A model generated the notes under the pieces. The model was not told the DNA's origin. It made no database searches and saw only the letters and a program-made list of their open reading frames with translations. DNA of 64,000 nucleotides from Escherichia coli. Its GTDB lineage: Bacteria; Pseudomonadota; Gammaproteobacteria; Enterobacterales; Enterobacteriaceae. The DNA is taken from NCBI RefSeq assembly GCF_044324875.1, contig NZ_CP172185.1; one strand, written 5' to 3'. Position numbers and translations under genes: made by a program. Shown in pieces: positions 1 through 10,845 of this stretch (positions are counted from its first letter, which is position 1; each line of letters opens with the position of its first letter).

Positions 1-713
1 TCTGGTCGTTGTCTGTTATCCCTGACCACCATTGTTTTTGGCATTGTGAGTCTGATTCCGGATGTATGGCACGGTCGTTTTTTGCCGTATGCCTGCGTGC
101 CTGTGTTCAGTTCAGAGCAATTAACTCATCCGGCATGGAGAATTCCTGTGTGTAATGCGGTAAGAAATGACTGACATGCATGTTATATGTGAAGGGGCGT
201 GAGACGACATAATCAGTATGGTTGTTCTTCTGGTTGTAAAACGCGTTCGTTTTCCGGGATAGATGACGACGAAGTTAACTGACGAATAGGATGTTCCTGA
301 TGGTCTTTTCAGGGAGCGCAGATATACGGAGTAAGAAAAATAATTCCAGAGTAAGGTTGTCTGTTTTTTAACCAGTAAAGTTCCATGCCAGATGTGAAAA
401 CGGGAAACCAACATTCAGTCTGCATGGATGTCTGAAGATGTTGAGAATGTCGGATATGGTACTATATACACATATTTTACTAAGTATTTTTACTAAGCAT
501 TTCAGTAAGTGTTATACACACATTCTCACAAACAATTCTACAAGTGTTTTCATTAAGCATTGCTGTACACATTGCTTTGTATGATACACATCCCGTTTAG
601 TAAATCTTTACGTTAACTAAAATCTGTTTAATGCTGCTGTAAAACTAACCTTCCTGTTTAAGCAATCCATCTGCTATTCGATTTTGCTAATGTGACGTTT
701 AACCTTTCCTGAG

Positions 714-757
714 CTTTTGAGTTTTGAGTTTTGTGGTTTGTGGTTTGTGGTTTGTGT
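714..757. repeat. short tandem repeats: TTTTGAG x2 followed by TTTGTGG x3-4
   Basis: direct reading of bases 711-760 in an AT-rich non-coding stretch. Confidence 0.8.
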
Positions 758-1349
758 TTCGACGTTAGCATGAGAAAAGTATTTTTACGCTAAATCAACC
801 CGAACTTTCCTGAAGTAATCTGACGTTCTTTTCGATGTGCTTACGACGATTCTGTTAAACGACTTTCTGGATGTTTTGATAACGATCAGCCTGAGGTGTG
901 CATTAACGATTCCTGACGTTTTGCTTTTTCATGTAAGGTCATTGTTTTCGTCATGATGTGATTCATCTTGCATTGCGAAAGTGTGATGATTGGTTTTGGT
1001 GTTTTGTCGTGGATGCGGTTTACGTTATCGGTGGTTAAGCGTTTATGGTGTGTTGAAAAGTAACATACTCAAGATAAGAAAATCGATTCTGATGGGGATG
1101 ATCTTGTTACGACGTTATCTGTAAACAGGTTTTCAGCGTGTCATTTCGCATCCGCGATTGAGCGATGTTGTTAAGCTGCAGGTTTGATTTGCATTGTCTG
1201 GATGCGTTTCTGGTGTTTTGTTGATTCGTTTCCCTTCTGACTTTGTCGTTTTTAAATCCATTCGCTGTTGTTGTGTGTTTTTACCCTGCGTGCAGTGAAC
1301 CGCCCCGGGAATCCTGGAGACTAAACTCCCTGAGAAAGAGGTAAACAGA

Positions 1350-1676
1350 ATGACTAAAAATACTCGTTTTTCCCCCGAAGTCCGTCAGAGGGCGATTCGT
1401 ATGGTTCTGGAAAGTCAGGGCGAATATGACTCACAGTGGGCGGCAATTTGTTCCATTGCCCCAAAGATTGGCTGTACACCGGAGACTCTGCGTGTCTGGG
1501 TACGCCAGCATGAGCGGGATACCGGAGGCGGTGATGGCGGGCTCACCACCGCTGAACGTCAGCGTCTGAAAGAGCTGGAACGTGAAAATCGTGAACTGCG
1601 CCGCAGTAACGATATCCTTCGCCAGGCTTCCGCTTATTTTGCGAAGGCGGAGTTCGACCGCCTCTGGAAAAAGTGA
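1350..1676 (+). CDS. IS3-family transposase OrfA (helix-turn-helix, leucine-zipper part)
   Basis: 108-aa [26 protein letters not shown]... typical of IS629/IS3411 OrfA; ends 4 bp into orfB in the -1 frame. Confidence 0.85.
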   Translation: MTKNTRFSPEVRQRAIRMVLESQGEYDSQWAAICSIAPKIGCTPETLRVWVRQHERDTGGGDGGLTTAERQRLKELERENRELRRSNDILRQASAYFAKAEFDRLWKK

Positions 1677-2563
1677 TGCCACTGCTGGATAAGCTGCGTA
1701 AGCTGTACGGGGTCGGACCGGTATGCAGTGAACTACATATTGCCCCGTCAACGTATTACCACTGTCAGCAACAGCGACATCATCCTGATAAACGCAGTGC
1801 CCGTGCGCAGCGCGATGACTGGCTGAAGAAAGAGATACTGCGCGTATACGATGGGAATCATCAGGTATACGGTGTGCGTAAAGTCTGGCGTCAGTTGTTA
1901 CGGGAAGGAATCAGGGTAGCCAGATGTACAGTGGCGCGCCTCATGGCGGTTATGGGACTTGCCGGTGTTCTCCGGGGTAAAAAGGTCCGCACTACCGTCA
2001 GCCGGAAAGCCGTTGCCGCAGGCGACCGCGTAAACCGTCAGTTTGTGGCAGAACGTCCTGACCAGTTGTGGGTGGCTGATTTTACTTACGTCAGCACATG
2101 GCAGGGGGTCGTCTATGTGGCGTTCATCATTGATGTGTTTGCCGGATACATCGTGGGGTGGCGGGTCTCATCGTCTATGGAAACGACATTCGTGCTGGAT
2201 GCTCTGGAGCAGGCGTTATGGGCCCGTCGACCGTCCGGCACAGTCCATCACAGTGATAAAGGTTCTCAGTATGTATCGCTGGCCTACACACAGCGGCTTA
2301 AGGAAGCCGGATTACTGGCATCAACAGGAAGTACTGGTGACTCGTATGACAACGCGATGGCGGAGAGCATCAATGGCCTTTACAAAGCGGAGGTAATACA
2401 CCGTAAGAGCTGGAAAAACCGGACAGAAGTGGAGCTGGCCACACTCACGTGGGTGGACTGGTATAACAATCGACGATTGCTGGAAAGGCTGGGCCATATC
2501 CCACCGGCAGAAGCAGAAAAAGCTTATTATGCTTCCATCGGAAACGATGATCTGGCAGCCTGA
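1673..2563 (+). CDS. IS3-family transposase OrfB (DDE integrase-like catalytic domain)
   Basis: 296-aa ORF with rve-type catalytic region (WVADFTYV..., HSDKGSQY..., DNAMAES); -1 frame relative to orfA. Confidence 0.85.
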   Translation: MMPLLDKLRKLYGVGPVCSELHIAPSTYYHCQQQRHHPDKRSARAQRDDWLKKEILRVYDGNHQVYGVRKVWRQLLREGIRVARCTVARLMAVMGLAGVLRGKKVRTTVSRKAVAAGDRVNRQFVAERPDQLWVADFTYVSTWQGVVYVAFIIDVFAGYIVGWRVSSSMETTFVLDALEQALWARRPSGTVHHSDKGSQYVSLAYTQRLKEAGLLASTGSTGDSYDNAMAESINGLYKAEVIHRKSWKNRTEVELATLTWVDWYNNRRLLERLGHIPPAEAEKAYYASIGNDDLAA

Positions 2564-2677
2564 GTTCACAGATAAAACACTCTCCAGGAAACCCGGGGCG
2601 GTTCACAGGTTTGTCTTTTCGTTCGTAGGGGATTCATTCGCGATTGGCGTTGCGCAATGGTGGGATACGGTAAAGTT

Positions 2678-2722
2678 TTACCGCAGTGATTAATGATGTG
2701 AAGTCAATCCAAATCAATGGAG
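2678..2722 (+). promoter_or_regulatory. conserved 5' leader motif TTACCGCA-TG-TTAATGATGTGAA...GTCAA upstream of a YagK-family gene (copy 1)
   Basis: near-identical motif recurs at 9602-9645 upstream of another YagK-like gene. Confidence 0.45.
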
Positions 2723-2732
2723 ATCTCTCATC

Positions 2733-3464
2733 ATGAACCAACCAATACACAATGCTTACTGGTTATCCCGTTTTGACAGCCTGCTCGACAGTGCCCTGGC
2801 GCAACACCGTGCCGTCTCGTTCATCCGGGTGGATTTACGGTTTCCTGAGTATATGCCTGCCACCATCATGGACTCCGGGCCGGATTCAGCGGTGATTTCC
2901 CGTTTTTTCGCCTCCCTGAAAGCCAAAATTCAGGCTTACCAGCAGCATAAGCGACGTACCAGTCAGCGTGTGCATGCAACCAGCCTGCGTTATTTCTGGT
3001 GCCGGGAGTTCGGAGAGGAAGAAAACAGGAAACATTATCACGTGATATTACTGCTCAACAAAGATACCTGGTGCTCGCTCGGGGATTTCAGCGAACCATC
3101 TTCGCTGGCGGCGATGATCCAGGAGGCATGGTGCAGCGCTCTGCATCTTGAGCCCTGGCAAGGCGATGGTCTGGTCCATTTTTCCAGGTGGAAGCCTTTT
3201 CGTAAACCAGCATCGTCTGATGCCCGTCCTTCTTCCGGTGACACCCCTTTGTCGGGTGGATGTTCTGATACCAGGAAGGCTGCAGACAAAAAGCCGGGTG
3301 AAGCCGCTGTTCTCTGGATCAAGCGTGGTGATGTGGCAGCGATGCAGAAAGCCCGGAAAAGAGCCCGTTATCTCGTGAAAAATCAAACGAAGCAGCATGA
3401 CGGTTCTGGTCAACGTAATTATGGTTGCAGCCGTGGGCCGGGGCGTCTGCTGGATGGCAGGTGA
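2733..3464 (+). CDS. YagK/YfjJ-family protein (inovirus Gp2-like, prophage-associated)
   Basis: 243-aa ORF with VSFIRVDLRFP and HYHVILLLNKD signature segments recalled from CP4 prophage YagK/YfjJ proteins. Confidence 0.6.
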   Translation: MNQPIHNAYWLSRFDSLLDSALAQHRAVSFIRVDLRFPEYMPATIMDSGPDSAVISRFFASLKAKIQAYQQHKRRTSQRVHATSLRYFWCREFGEEENRKHYHVILLLNKDTWCSLGDFSEPSSLAAMIQEAWCSALHLEPWQGDGLVHFSRWKPFRKPASSDARPSSGDTPLSGGCSDTRKAADKKPGEAAVLWIKRGDVAAMQKARKRARYLVKNQTKQHDGSGQRNYGCSRGPGRLLDGR

Positions 3465-3974
3465 AGTCTGTAAAACGGTATCCGGTGCCAGGGGGGGGAT
3501 ATCACGGTAAGGGCGTCAGCCAACGTCTTTCGCTCGTATTCTGATAACCCGTCCTGAAGTCATGTATCTGCTTCCATTCTCATGTTCATATTTCTCTGAC
3601 GCTTTCACTGTCTGTCATCGGAAGTACCGATTTATTTTGGTGCTGCGCACTTACGGCCATTCACGGAAGAGGATTGTGGTGAACAGTAGGAGTCTGGCTG
3701 CTGGCGAGGGAAGGTTCAGGACTGGTATGGGGTTTAGTGCTGGAGGATGACTTTGAATCCCGGATTGACCAGTGAGGGGGCAGTGAGAGGATGCTCTGGT
3801 GTAACAGGTCTGGATTACAAAATATAAAACCGGTTGTACACTCGTAACGGGTAAAAGGATACGGGCAATAACACGTGGTACCCGGTGAGACTGGCTCTTG
3901 TATCACATTACCGGGAATATTCTGGCAGGTGAAATGTTCTGATAAGAATCATCCTGAGGGAGGATACAACGGAT

Positions 3975-4427
3975 ATGAACGTTATTGACAGCCGCATTCG
4001 TGATGTGAAATTTGGTGAAAATGTGAAAGTCGTCATGCCAGTAAACCTCTATGAATGTGAACTGGGGGATGATGTTTTTATCGGTCCCTTTGTGGAAATA
4101 CAGAAGGGATGCATCATTGGCAACCGGAGCCGAATTCAGTCCCACAGTTTCATCTGTGAGAACGTCATTTTAGGTGATGCCTGTTTCATCGGTCATGGCG
4201 TAACTTTTCCTAATGATCTGTTTAAGTGTGGTGGTCCCGATACCTCTGCAGAAAGCTGGATACGCATCGTATTAGGTAACACTGTAACAGTGGGTAGTGG
4301 AGCGACCATTTTAACAACAGAAATTTGCAGTGGAGCTGTGATTGGTGCTGGTAGTGTGGTTACAAAGCCCGTGCTGGTAAAAGGCGTGTATGCGGGTAAT
4401 CCGGCCAGACTTTTGAGAACGCTTTAA
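3975..4427 (+). CDS. hexapeptide-repeat (left-handed beta-helix) acyl/acetyltransferase
   Basis: 150-aa ORF with repeated [LIV]G-x-x-x-x hexapeptide pattern (IGNRSRIQSHSFI, IGHGVTF, VGSGATI, IGAGSVV). Confidence 0.6.
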   Translation: MNVIDSRIRDVKFGENVKVVMPVNLYECELGDDVFIGPFVEIQKGCIIGNRSRIQSHSFICENVILGDACFIGHGVTFPNDLFKCGGPDTSAESWIRIVLGNTVTVGSGATILTTEICSGAVIGAGSVVTKPVLVKGVYAGNPARLLRTL

Positions 4428-4678
4428 TTATTGAATCCAATATTAAACCAGACAGACAGTAAACATAATACTGTTCCGGATATCGCTTGCCGCAGGAACC
4501 TCCTTAACATTCAGGAAAATAAAGCTTTTATTGCTGCTATGTACCATAAGAGACAGAAGTAATTGATTTACCAGTATTACACCTGTTGAAGCTATGGTTA
4601 TTCACCTTTTATTTTTTGAGCAGCGTATTTATACTTCCCGGAGCATTGTTTAAATATAATCGCCCGGGATTGATTCGT

Positions 4679-5584
4679 ATGGCTCTTGAACAGGAAATCG
4701 CAAACCTTGTAAACGAGTTTGTCGCGGCTGGTCGTCCATCCTGTCGTGACCAGACCTTTGATGAACGCCGTGCCGGATATATCGCAAGTACTGCTCTGGC
4801 CGGCGATACAGAAACCCGCGTAAACATCAGTGATGTGATTATTGACGATGTTTTATTGCGCATATTTTCGCCTTTAAACGATGATGGGGTGTTATCCGCA
4901 ATTGTCTATTATCATGGTGGCTGTTTTGTCAGTGGTGGTTTTGTAACCCATGATAATCAGTTGCGACAGCTTGCTTTCCTGAGCGGTTGTCGTGTCATTG
5001 CTGTACAATATCGATTAACGCCGGAACATATTTATCCTGCGGCACATGACGATGCTGAACATGCCGCTAATATTGTGTGGCAACACGCAGAAATGTTGAA
5101 AGTTGATCGCAACAGAATAACGTTAATGGGGGATAGCGCTGGGGGACATCTTGCACTGATAACAGCACTGCGGGTTAAAAACATCGGTCAGTGGTTACCG
5201 CGAAAATTAATACTTATTTACCCTATGCTGGATGCCACAGCATCATGTGATAGTTACAAATTAAACGGTAGTGACTATGTGCTGACAGCAGACACGTTTC
5301 TTAGTGGTTATGAGGCTTATTTTTCCGGTCAGGATTTAGAACATCCGGAAGTGAGTCCATTATTCAGGAATGATTTCAATGGGTTACCACCTGTTCATGT
5401 CATCACAGCGGAATATGACCCATTACGCGATGAAGGTGAGGAACTGTTTTCCCGTATGATTCAACAAGGAGTAAAGTGTACCGCCCAGCGTTATCTCGGT
5501 GTCATTCACGGTTTTTTCCAGCTTGGCGGCATTAGCCAGACAGCCCGTAATCTGATGCAGGATATTTGTGGGATTGTTAAATAA
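4679..5584 (+). CDS. alpha/beta-hydrolase esterase/lipase (Aes-like)
   Basis: HGGG-type oxyanion motif (YYHGGCF) and GDSAGG nucleophile elbow; start placed at first ATG after a TTG-initiated hydrophobic leader. Confidence 0.65.
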   Translation: MALEQEIANLVNEFVAAGRPSCRDQTFDERRAGYIASTALAGDTETRVNISDVIIDDVLLRIFSPLNDDGVLSAIVYYHGGCFVSGGFVTHDNQLRQLAFLSGCRVIAVQYRLTPEHIYPAAHDDAEHAANIVWQHAEMLKVDRNRITLMGDSAGGHLALITALRVKNIGQWLPRKLILIYPMLDATASCDSYKLNGSDYVLTADTFLSGYEAYFSGQDLEHPEVSPLFRNDFNGLPPVHVITAEYDPLRDEGEELFSRMIQQGVKCTAQRYLGVIHGFFQLGGISQTARNLMQDICGIVK

Positions 5585-5830
5585 TCACGTAACAAGCAGC
5601 TACAGGTAAATTAGCTGAGCATGCATCCATCATTTGTCGCTGCGATGCCAGACTTCCGGATGCTCATATGTTGTTTTACTTTTGTCAGCATAAATGCTGC
5701 GTCGGGACTGGTGAATGGAGATAAGCCATTTTATTATCGACGTCAGAGAACATACTCACAATGTCGGTATGTTTCTGAAATTAAGGGTAAGTTTTGCGCT
5801 GATTACAGTATGCGAAGGAGATCTGGCACA

Positions 5831-7423
5831 ATGAATCCCGCTTATATGCAATCCCCCCATTTCCCGGCAGATTTAACATACAGATTATTTCCTCGTAAGC
5901 TTGCGTATCTCATTGACGACTTATATGAAAGTACCCAACTTCCGCTGGATCTCATTTTTAATACTGTACTGGCAACGCTCTCACTCTCCTGTCAGTCATT
6001 GGTTGACGTTGTTCATCCTCACACCAACATGCCGGAACCCTGCTCACTTTATCTGTTGACAATCGCAGAGCCAGGCGCGGGAAAAACAACGATAAACAGA
6101 CTGGTGATGAACCCCTGTTACGACTTTGCCGATCGACTCATTCAACAATACGAAGAGAGAAACAAAGATTATAAAACTGAACTACAGATCTGGAATACCC
6201 GACAGAAAGCTCTTTCTGCCAGTTTAAGAAAGGCTATTAACCGGGGGTATCCGGGAGAACAGGAAGAAGAGGCGCTGCGTAATCACGAAAGAAATAAACC
6301 GACACGTCCGGTTCGACCGAATTTTATCTATGAAGATGTTTCACTTAAAGCGCTTGTGGAAGGACTCAACGAGCATCCGGAGGCGGGAGTTATTTCTGAT
6401 GAAGCGGTAACTTTTTTCAGAAGCTATCTGAAAAATAGTCCTGGTCTGTTGAATAAAGCATGGAGTGGACAACCGTTTGATTTTGGACGGGCTGACGAGA
6501 AATATCATATCACTCCACGCCTGACATTTTCGCTAATGTCCCAACCGGATGTTTTTACGGCTTATATAAATAAAAATGATGTACTGGCCAGGGGAAGCGG
6601 ATTTCTTTCCCGGTTTCTGTTCAGTCAGGTTGTAAGTTCTTCCTGGATACGTGATTATACGAGAGGTGAGTTCAGAACAATACCAACCCTGGAGAATTTT
6701 CATAAAAAGATTAACGGATTTCTGTTAAGCCATAACATTAATTCCCCCGGCATGAGCACCGAAAGGAAGACATTAAAACTTGCGAAGAAAGCGTTGGGGG
6801 AGTGGCAGGAAAACCAGAGTAAGATTGAAAGCAAAGCGCTTGCAGGAGGGGAGTGGGAACACATCAGAGATATTGTTCTGAAAGCAGGTTCTAATATACT
6901 GAGGATAGCGGGTTTATTCACCTTCTATGGCAATAAAGATGCTGAGGAAATTGAATCAATTGCGCTTTTTAACGCCATGCATCTCATGGACTGGTATCTG
7001 GAGGAGGCAAGCGCAATATTTTATCCCATGTCTGAGCGACGCCAGTTTGAGCAGGATGCCTGTGAACTGTATGCATGGATTATGACCCGAATCAGGCAGA
7101 ATAACTGGTGTGCTATCAGGAAAACAGATATTGAAAGATATGGTCCCAATCGACTGAGAAGAGCAGAAAAGCTTACACCTGTACTCAATCAGTTAATTGC
7201 TCAGAATTATTTCTGTATCATCAAAATGCGCTCGCATCAGGCACTTTATGTTTCTGTTCGTAACAATAATGGTTACCTCCTTCCTTTCGGCACAATGTCT
7301 TACGAACCGTTTGATGTTGTACCCTCCTTGTATAGTCATAATGCGAAAATATATCCCGTTAATATTCCACCGGAATTAATCCAGTCATTTGCGTTACCTT
7401 TTTCAGCCTATAACTTATTCTGA
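5831..7423 (+). CDS. P-loop NTPase, DUF3987/YfjI-like (P4 primase-associated helicase-like protein)
   Basis: Walker A AEPGAGKTT; RBS GGAG 10 nt upstream of ATG 5831; architecture recalls CP4-57 YfjI. Confidence 0.5.
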   Translation: MNPAYMQSPHFPADLTYRLFPRKLAYLIDDLYESTQLPLDLIFNTVLATLSLSCQSLVDVVHPHTNMPEPCSLYLLTIAEPGAGKTTINRLVMNPCYDFADRLIQQYEERNKDYKTELQIWNTRQKALSASLRKAINRGYPGEQEEEALRNHERNKPTRPVRPNFIYEDVSLKALVEGLNEHPEAGVISDEAVTFFRSYLKNSPGLLNKAWSGQPFDFGRADEKYHITPRLTFSLMSQPDVFTAYINKNDVLARGSGFLSRFLFSQVVSSSWIRDYTRGEFRTIPTLENFHKKINGFLLSHNINSPGMSTERKTLKLAKKALGEWQENQSKIESKALAGGEWEHIRDIVLKAGSNILRIAGLFTFYGNKDAEEIESIALFNAMHLMDWYLEEASAIFYPMSERRQFEQDACELYAWIMTRIRQNNWCAIRKTDIERYGPNRLRRAEKLTPVLNQLIAQNYFCIIKMRSHQALYVSVRNNNGYLLPFGTMSYEPFDVVPSLYSHNAKIYPVNIPPELIQSFALPFSAYNLF

Positions 7424-8202
7424 AATAAACCAACACAGATGAAACGAAAAAAAACAACATTCATTCGAAGGTTGGTGGTAAGGAGTTTGCATATCCTGCA
7501 TCTGTGCAAATATTCACCAGTTATGGGGCGCGAACGAAAATTTCTCTGAAAAAATCGCTACGGTAGCAACAGTAGCAGCACATGCACCATGTCTGTTATT
7601 TGATTTTGTTTTCATAATGACCTGTTGTCAAAGCTGATTGAATACAGGAGTGTGCGCACTGGTGGAAGAGTGGCTTTCGTTTTTGGTTATTCGAAAGAAA
7701 ATCGAAATATTGTTTTTAACATAGCTGAAGCTAATCATATAACCATATTTTTTGAGTTTTTATATATAACTTTGTTTGATTCTTGTCGTAATGAGTGCTG
7801 GCGTATATGACGATGTCGCTCTCTTTCTGAATAACGAAAGGTTATCAGTCTTTTACTGACAAGAGATGCTGTTCAGGTTTCAATGGGAGATTGAAGAAAA
7901 ACGATTTGATATTTTCCGTGAGAGAATGTCTTGTCAGGTTCATATTCATAACGGATAATTTCTTATTTTCACTCATCAGACATGGATAATTTTAATTTAG
8001 GTTTATTACTATAATTAGTATCTGTTCCTTTATTTTTATCCATCTATCCCTTTATTTTTCATCTATCTATCCTTTTATTATTAGTATCTGTATTTTTATT
8101 ATTGGCATCTGTCTATTTATTTTTATCATTCTCTCCTCTCTGTCTTTACTCTCATTGCTCTTACTCTCATTCTGTTATTTCTACTCGTGTTATCGTGTTC
8201 AC

Positions 8203-8234
8203 TCTATCACTCTATCACTCTATCACTCTATCAC
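8203..8234. repeat. 8-bp tandem repeat TCTATCAC x4 inside a ~300-bp low-complexity AT-rich tract
   Basis: direct reading of 7980-8260. Confidence 0.8.
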
Positions 8235-8985
8235 TCTATCCATCTCTCAATCATAACGATTGTCACTCATATGATACTCAGCCATGTTATTTTCTACTGC
8301 TCTGCTGAGCTTATCTGTCTGTTCTCATCTTCAGTGAAACAGCACCTGATTTTACTCTTATCCATCATGAACTGTCTTTGTTCAACGATGATGGTATGTC
8401 TGATATGTGTTAACCATTTTGATGGGTATCGTTGATTATCCGATGGTTAAGCTTCGATAAGGTTATCCATAGAACAGTGTGGGGTAAGCAACATGATCCC
8501 TGATGATATTTGTTCCGTGTTGTCTTGTTGTTTAAGCGACAGGAAATATGTCAATGGCATGTTTTATTCTGCTGCCGTGAGCCATGCATGTTCTGAAGAA
8601 CAGATTGAATGAGCGCATGTGAGTTTATTACGTTGGCCTTGTACACGTTTTTTTTAGAACCACTGAGAGCAAGTTTGTAGTTTATGATGCTATTGGTCGT
8701 AATATGTTTCTTGAACTTTTGATCGTGGGTTTTTATCTCGTATTTTTCAGCATTTCTCGGTGTTGTATTGCGTCGATATTTTCTTTATTCCCGTTAATAT
8801 CATCTCGTCAGTGTCCATTCCTTTCATCACAATGCGTATCGTTAATAATCTGTTGTATCCATCCGCCTACAGCATGCCTGATAAATACCGTCTGTCAGTT
8901 ATTACCGTTTTAGATCTGATTATGAGCGAAGGTATTCATTCGCTGACAGAACTTAAAACGTCATTAACTTACAGGAGTTATCAGC

Positions 8986-9552
8986 ATGCCTCAGTCTTAC
9001 ACACCAGACTGGTTTTTTACCGCCTTACTTGACCATCACATCGATCAAATGATGGCTCGCTATTCCTGTCTGCGGGCCTTACGGATGGATTTCTTCTACA
9101 GGAAAGAGACGCCTGATTTCTTACAACCTGATCACCGCTGGCTTGAATTGCAGTTGCGTATGCTGCTGGACCAGGTTGAACGGTTTGAAAATATGGTTGG
9201 TTTCTTCTGGGTGATTGAATGGACGGCTGATCATGGTTTTCATGCGCATGTGGTTTTCTGGATCGATCGTCAGAGGGTGAAAAAAATATATCCCTTTGCG
9301 GAGCGGATAACCGAATGCTGGCGGGCTATTACGTATAACTGTGGTTCGGCGCACCGCTGTACATACCAGCCGCATTATGCATACAACATCAACATTCCCG
9401 TGCGCCACAACGATCCTGAAAGCATCGATAATATTCGCGGTGCCCTGCATTATCTGGCGAAAGAAGAGCAAAAAGACGGACTGTGTGCATACGGCTGCAG
9501 CGAAGTGCCTGAACGTCCTGCTGCAGGGCGACCACGCAAGCTTCACGTCTGA
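8986..9552 (+). CDS. YagK/YfjJ-family protein (inovirus Gp2-like)
   Basis: 188-aa ORF, LRMDFFYRKE and FHAHVVFWIDR segments parallel to the 2733 ORF. Confidence 0.55.
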   Translation: MPQSYTPDWFFTALLDHHIDQMMARYSCLRALRMDFFYRKETPDFLQPDHRWLELQLRMLLDQVERFENMVGFFWVIEWTADHGFHAHVVFWIDRQRVKKIYPFAERITECWRAITYNCGSAHRCTYQPHYAYNINIPVRHNDPESIDNIRGALHYLAKEEQKDGLCAYGCSEVPERPAAGRPRKLHV

Positions 9553-9601
9553 AGCTTAAACCCTGAACCTCCGCACCTGGAAACAAGCCATCGGTAAAAA
9601 C

Positions 9602-9645
9602 TTACCGCATTGCTTAATGATGTGAACCGAAGTCAACGGAGTTCA
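9602..9645 (+). promoter_or_regulatory. conserved 5' leader motif (copy 2) upstream of YagK-like gene 9791
   Basis: TTACCGCATTGCTTAATGATGTGAACCGAAGTCAACGGAG matches the 2678-2722 motif. Confidence 0.45.
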
Positions 9646-9790
9646 TTCACCCTGAATGTTCTTTCCTGATATTCCCGCTCAGCGTCGGTTCTTCACCTGT
9701 TCCATCAACCTCATCCGCAGCCTGTAACCCGTCAGCCCATCCATCCCCGGGCAGGACGCGTTGTGGGCTGCGCATAACGGAGCATATCCT

Positions 9791-10366
9791 ATGAATGCTT
9801 TCCCTTATTTCGACGACAGCATGGCCCCCTTCTGGCCTTCGTATCAGAACAAAGTTATTGGCGTTCTTGACCGTGCGCTGCGTGAGCAGTCCGGCTCCCG
9901 GATACGTCGTATCCTGCTTCGTCTGCCGTGGGAACCCGATAACACCTTCAGCAGCCGCAGGACCTGGTTCGGTATGGCCTTTATTGAAACCGTCAGCGAC
10001 CTGATGAATGCAACCCCCGGACGTGACCTCTGCTGGCTCCTGACACGTCATCCTGAAAAGCCGGAATACCACGTGGTGCTGTGCGTCAGGCAGGAGTATT
10101 TCGACGGCCCTGAACTGGATCGGCTGATTCTGGATGCCTGGAGCAACGTGCTGGGCTTCGCCTCACCGGGGGAAGCGGCACCGTATCAGAAGCAGATTAC
10201 CCGGGATGTGCTGCTGGATCCCCGTTCACCGGACTGCGAGGAACTGTTCAGAGACCTGATCTGGGCGTTCAGTGATTTCGCACGTGATCGCCGGGGGGTA
10301 TACGATCCGGAAGCCCGTCACCTCGCCGGTAATCCCTGGTATCCCGGATCAGCAGGACGGCGCTGA
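9791..10366 (+). CDS. YagK/YfjJ-like protein (divergent paralog)
   Basis: RIRRILLRLPWEPD and EYHVVLCVRQEY segments analogous to YagK signature; ATG 9791 follows the conserved leader. Confidence 0.45.
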   Translation: MNAFPYFDDSMAPFWPSYQNKVIGVLDRALREQSGSRIRRILLRLPWEPDNTFSSRRTWFGMAFIETVSDLMNATPGRDLCWLLTRHPEKPEYHVVLCVRQEYFDGPELDRLILDAWSNVLGFASPGEAAPYQKQITRDVLLDPRSPDCEELFRDLIWAFSDFARDRRGVYDPEARHLAGNPWYPGSAGRR

Positions 10367-10430
10367 ACATCATGTTCAGCCGTTCCCCCGAACTTACACA
10401 TCCTTCCATTTCACCGAGGATATTCCGACC

Positions 10431-10664
10431 ATGTTGAGCACAACAACATCCCACGACAGCGTATGGTTGCGTGACGACGATCCCCTGATCGACATGATTT
10501 TCATCACCAGTTTCACCGGCATGACCGACAAATGGTTCTACCAGCTGATGAGCGAAGGCAGGTTCCCGAAGCCCATCAAACTGGGCCGCAGCAGCCGCTG
10601 GTACAGAAGCGAAGTGGAGCAGTGGATGCAGCAGCGCATCGAAGCATCACGGGGAGAAGCATGA
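10431..10664 (+). CDS. AlpA-family phage transcriptional regulator (small HTH protein)
   Basis: 78-aa ORF; FTGMTDKWFYQLMSEGRFPKPIKLGRSSRWYRSEVEQWM matches the AlpA pattern (FPKPxKLG...W...EV..W). Confidence 0.7.
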   Translation: MLSTTTSHDSVWLRDDDPLIDMIFITSFTGMTDKWFYQLMSEGRFPKPIKLGRSSRWYRSEVEQWMQQRIEASRGEA

Positions 10665-10845
10665 AAGGTATTGTGATACCGGTTCGCTGGCAATGTGCAA
10701 ACTGCCGGCGCTGGTATTGTGGTAATCCCCCCTGCCCCTGGTGCTGGCGACCTGCTGCACCGTCTGTCATTCCTCATCCTTCGCTGTAACAGGCATCGTA
10801 CCGGTGCCGGCGTGCTTTCCTGTGCACCGGCACCGGTTCAGAAAC

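Larger units (their letters stand above)
1296..2605 (+). mobile_element. IS3-family insertion sequence, IS629-like, 1310 bp, flanked by 3-bp direct repeat CAG
   Basis: TGAACCGCCCCGGG at 1296 and its reverse complement ending at 2605; overlapping orfA/orfB pair; CAG at 1293-1295 and 2606-2608. Confidence 0.85.

Noticed and set aside
121-414. 97-aa minus-strand ORF at the window start
   Set aside because: No RBS, no recognisable motif, composition typical of AT-rich non-coding DNA
8102-9032. Several 60-90 aa plus-strand ORFs (8102, 8187, 8704, 8760)
   Set aside because: Translations are Leu/Ser/Ile/Cys low-complexity strings generated by simple DNA repeats; they overlap each other in different frames
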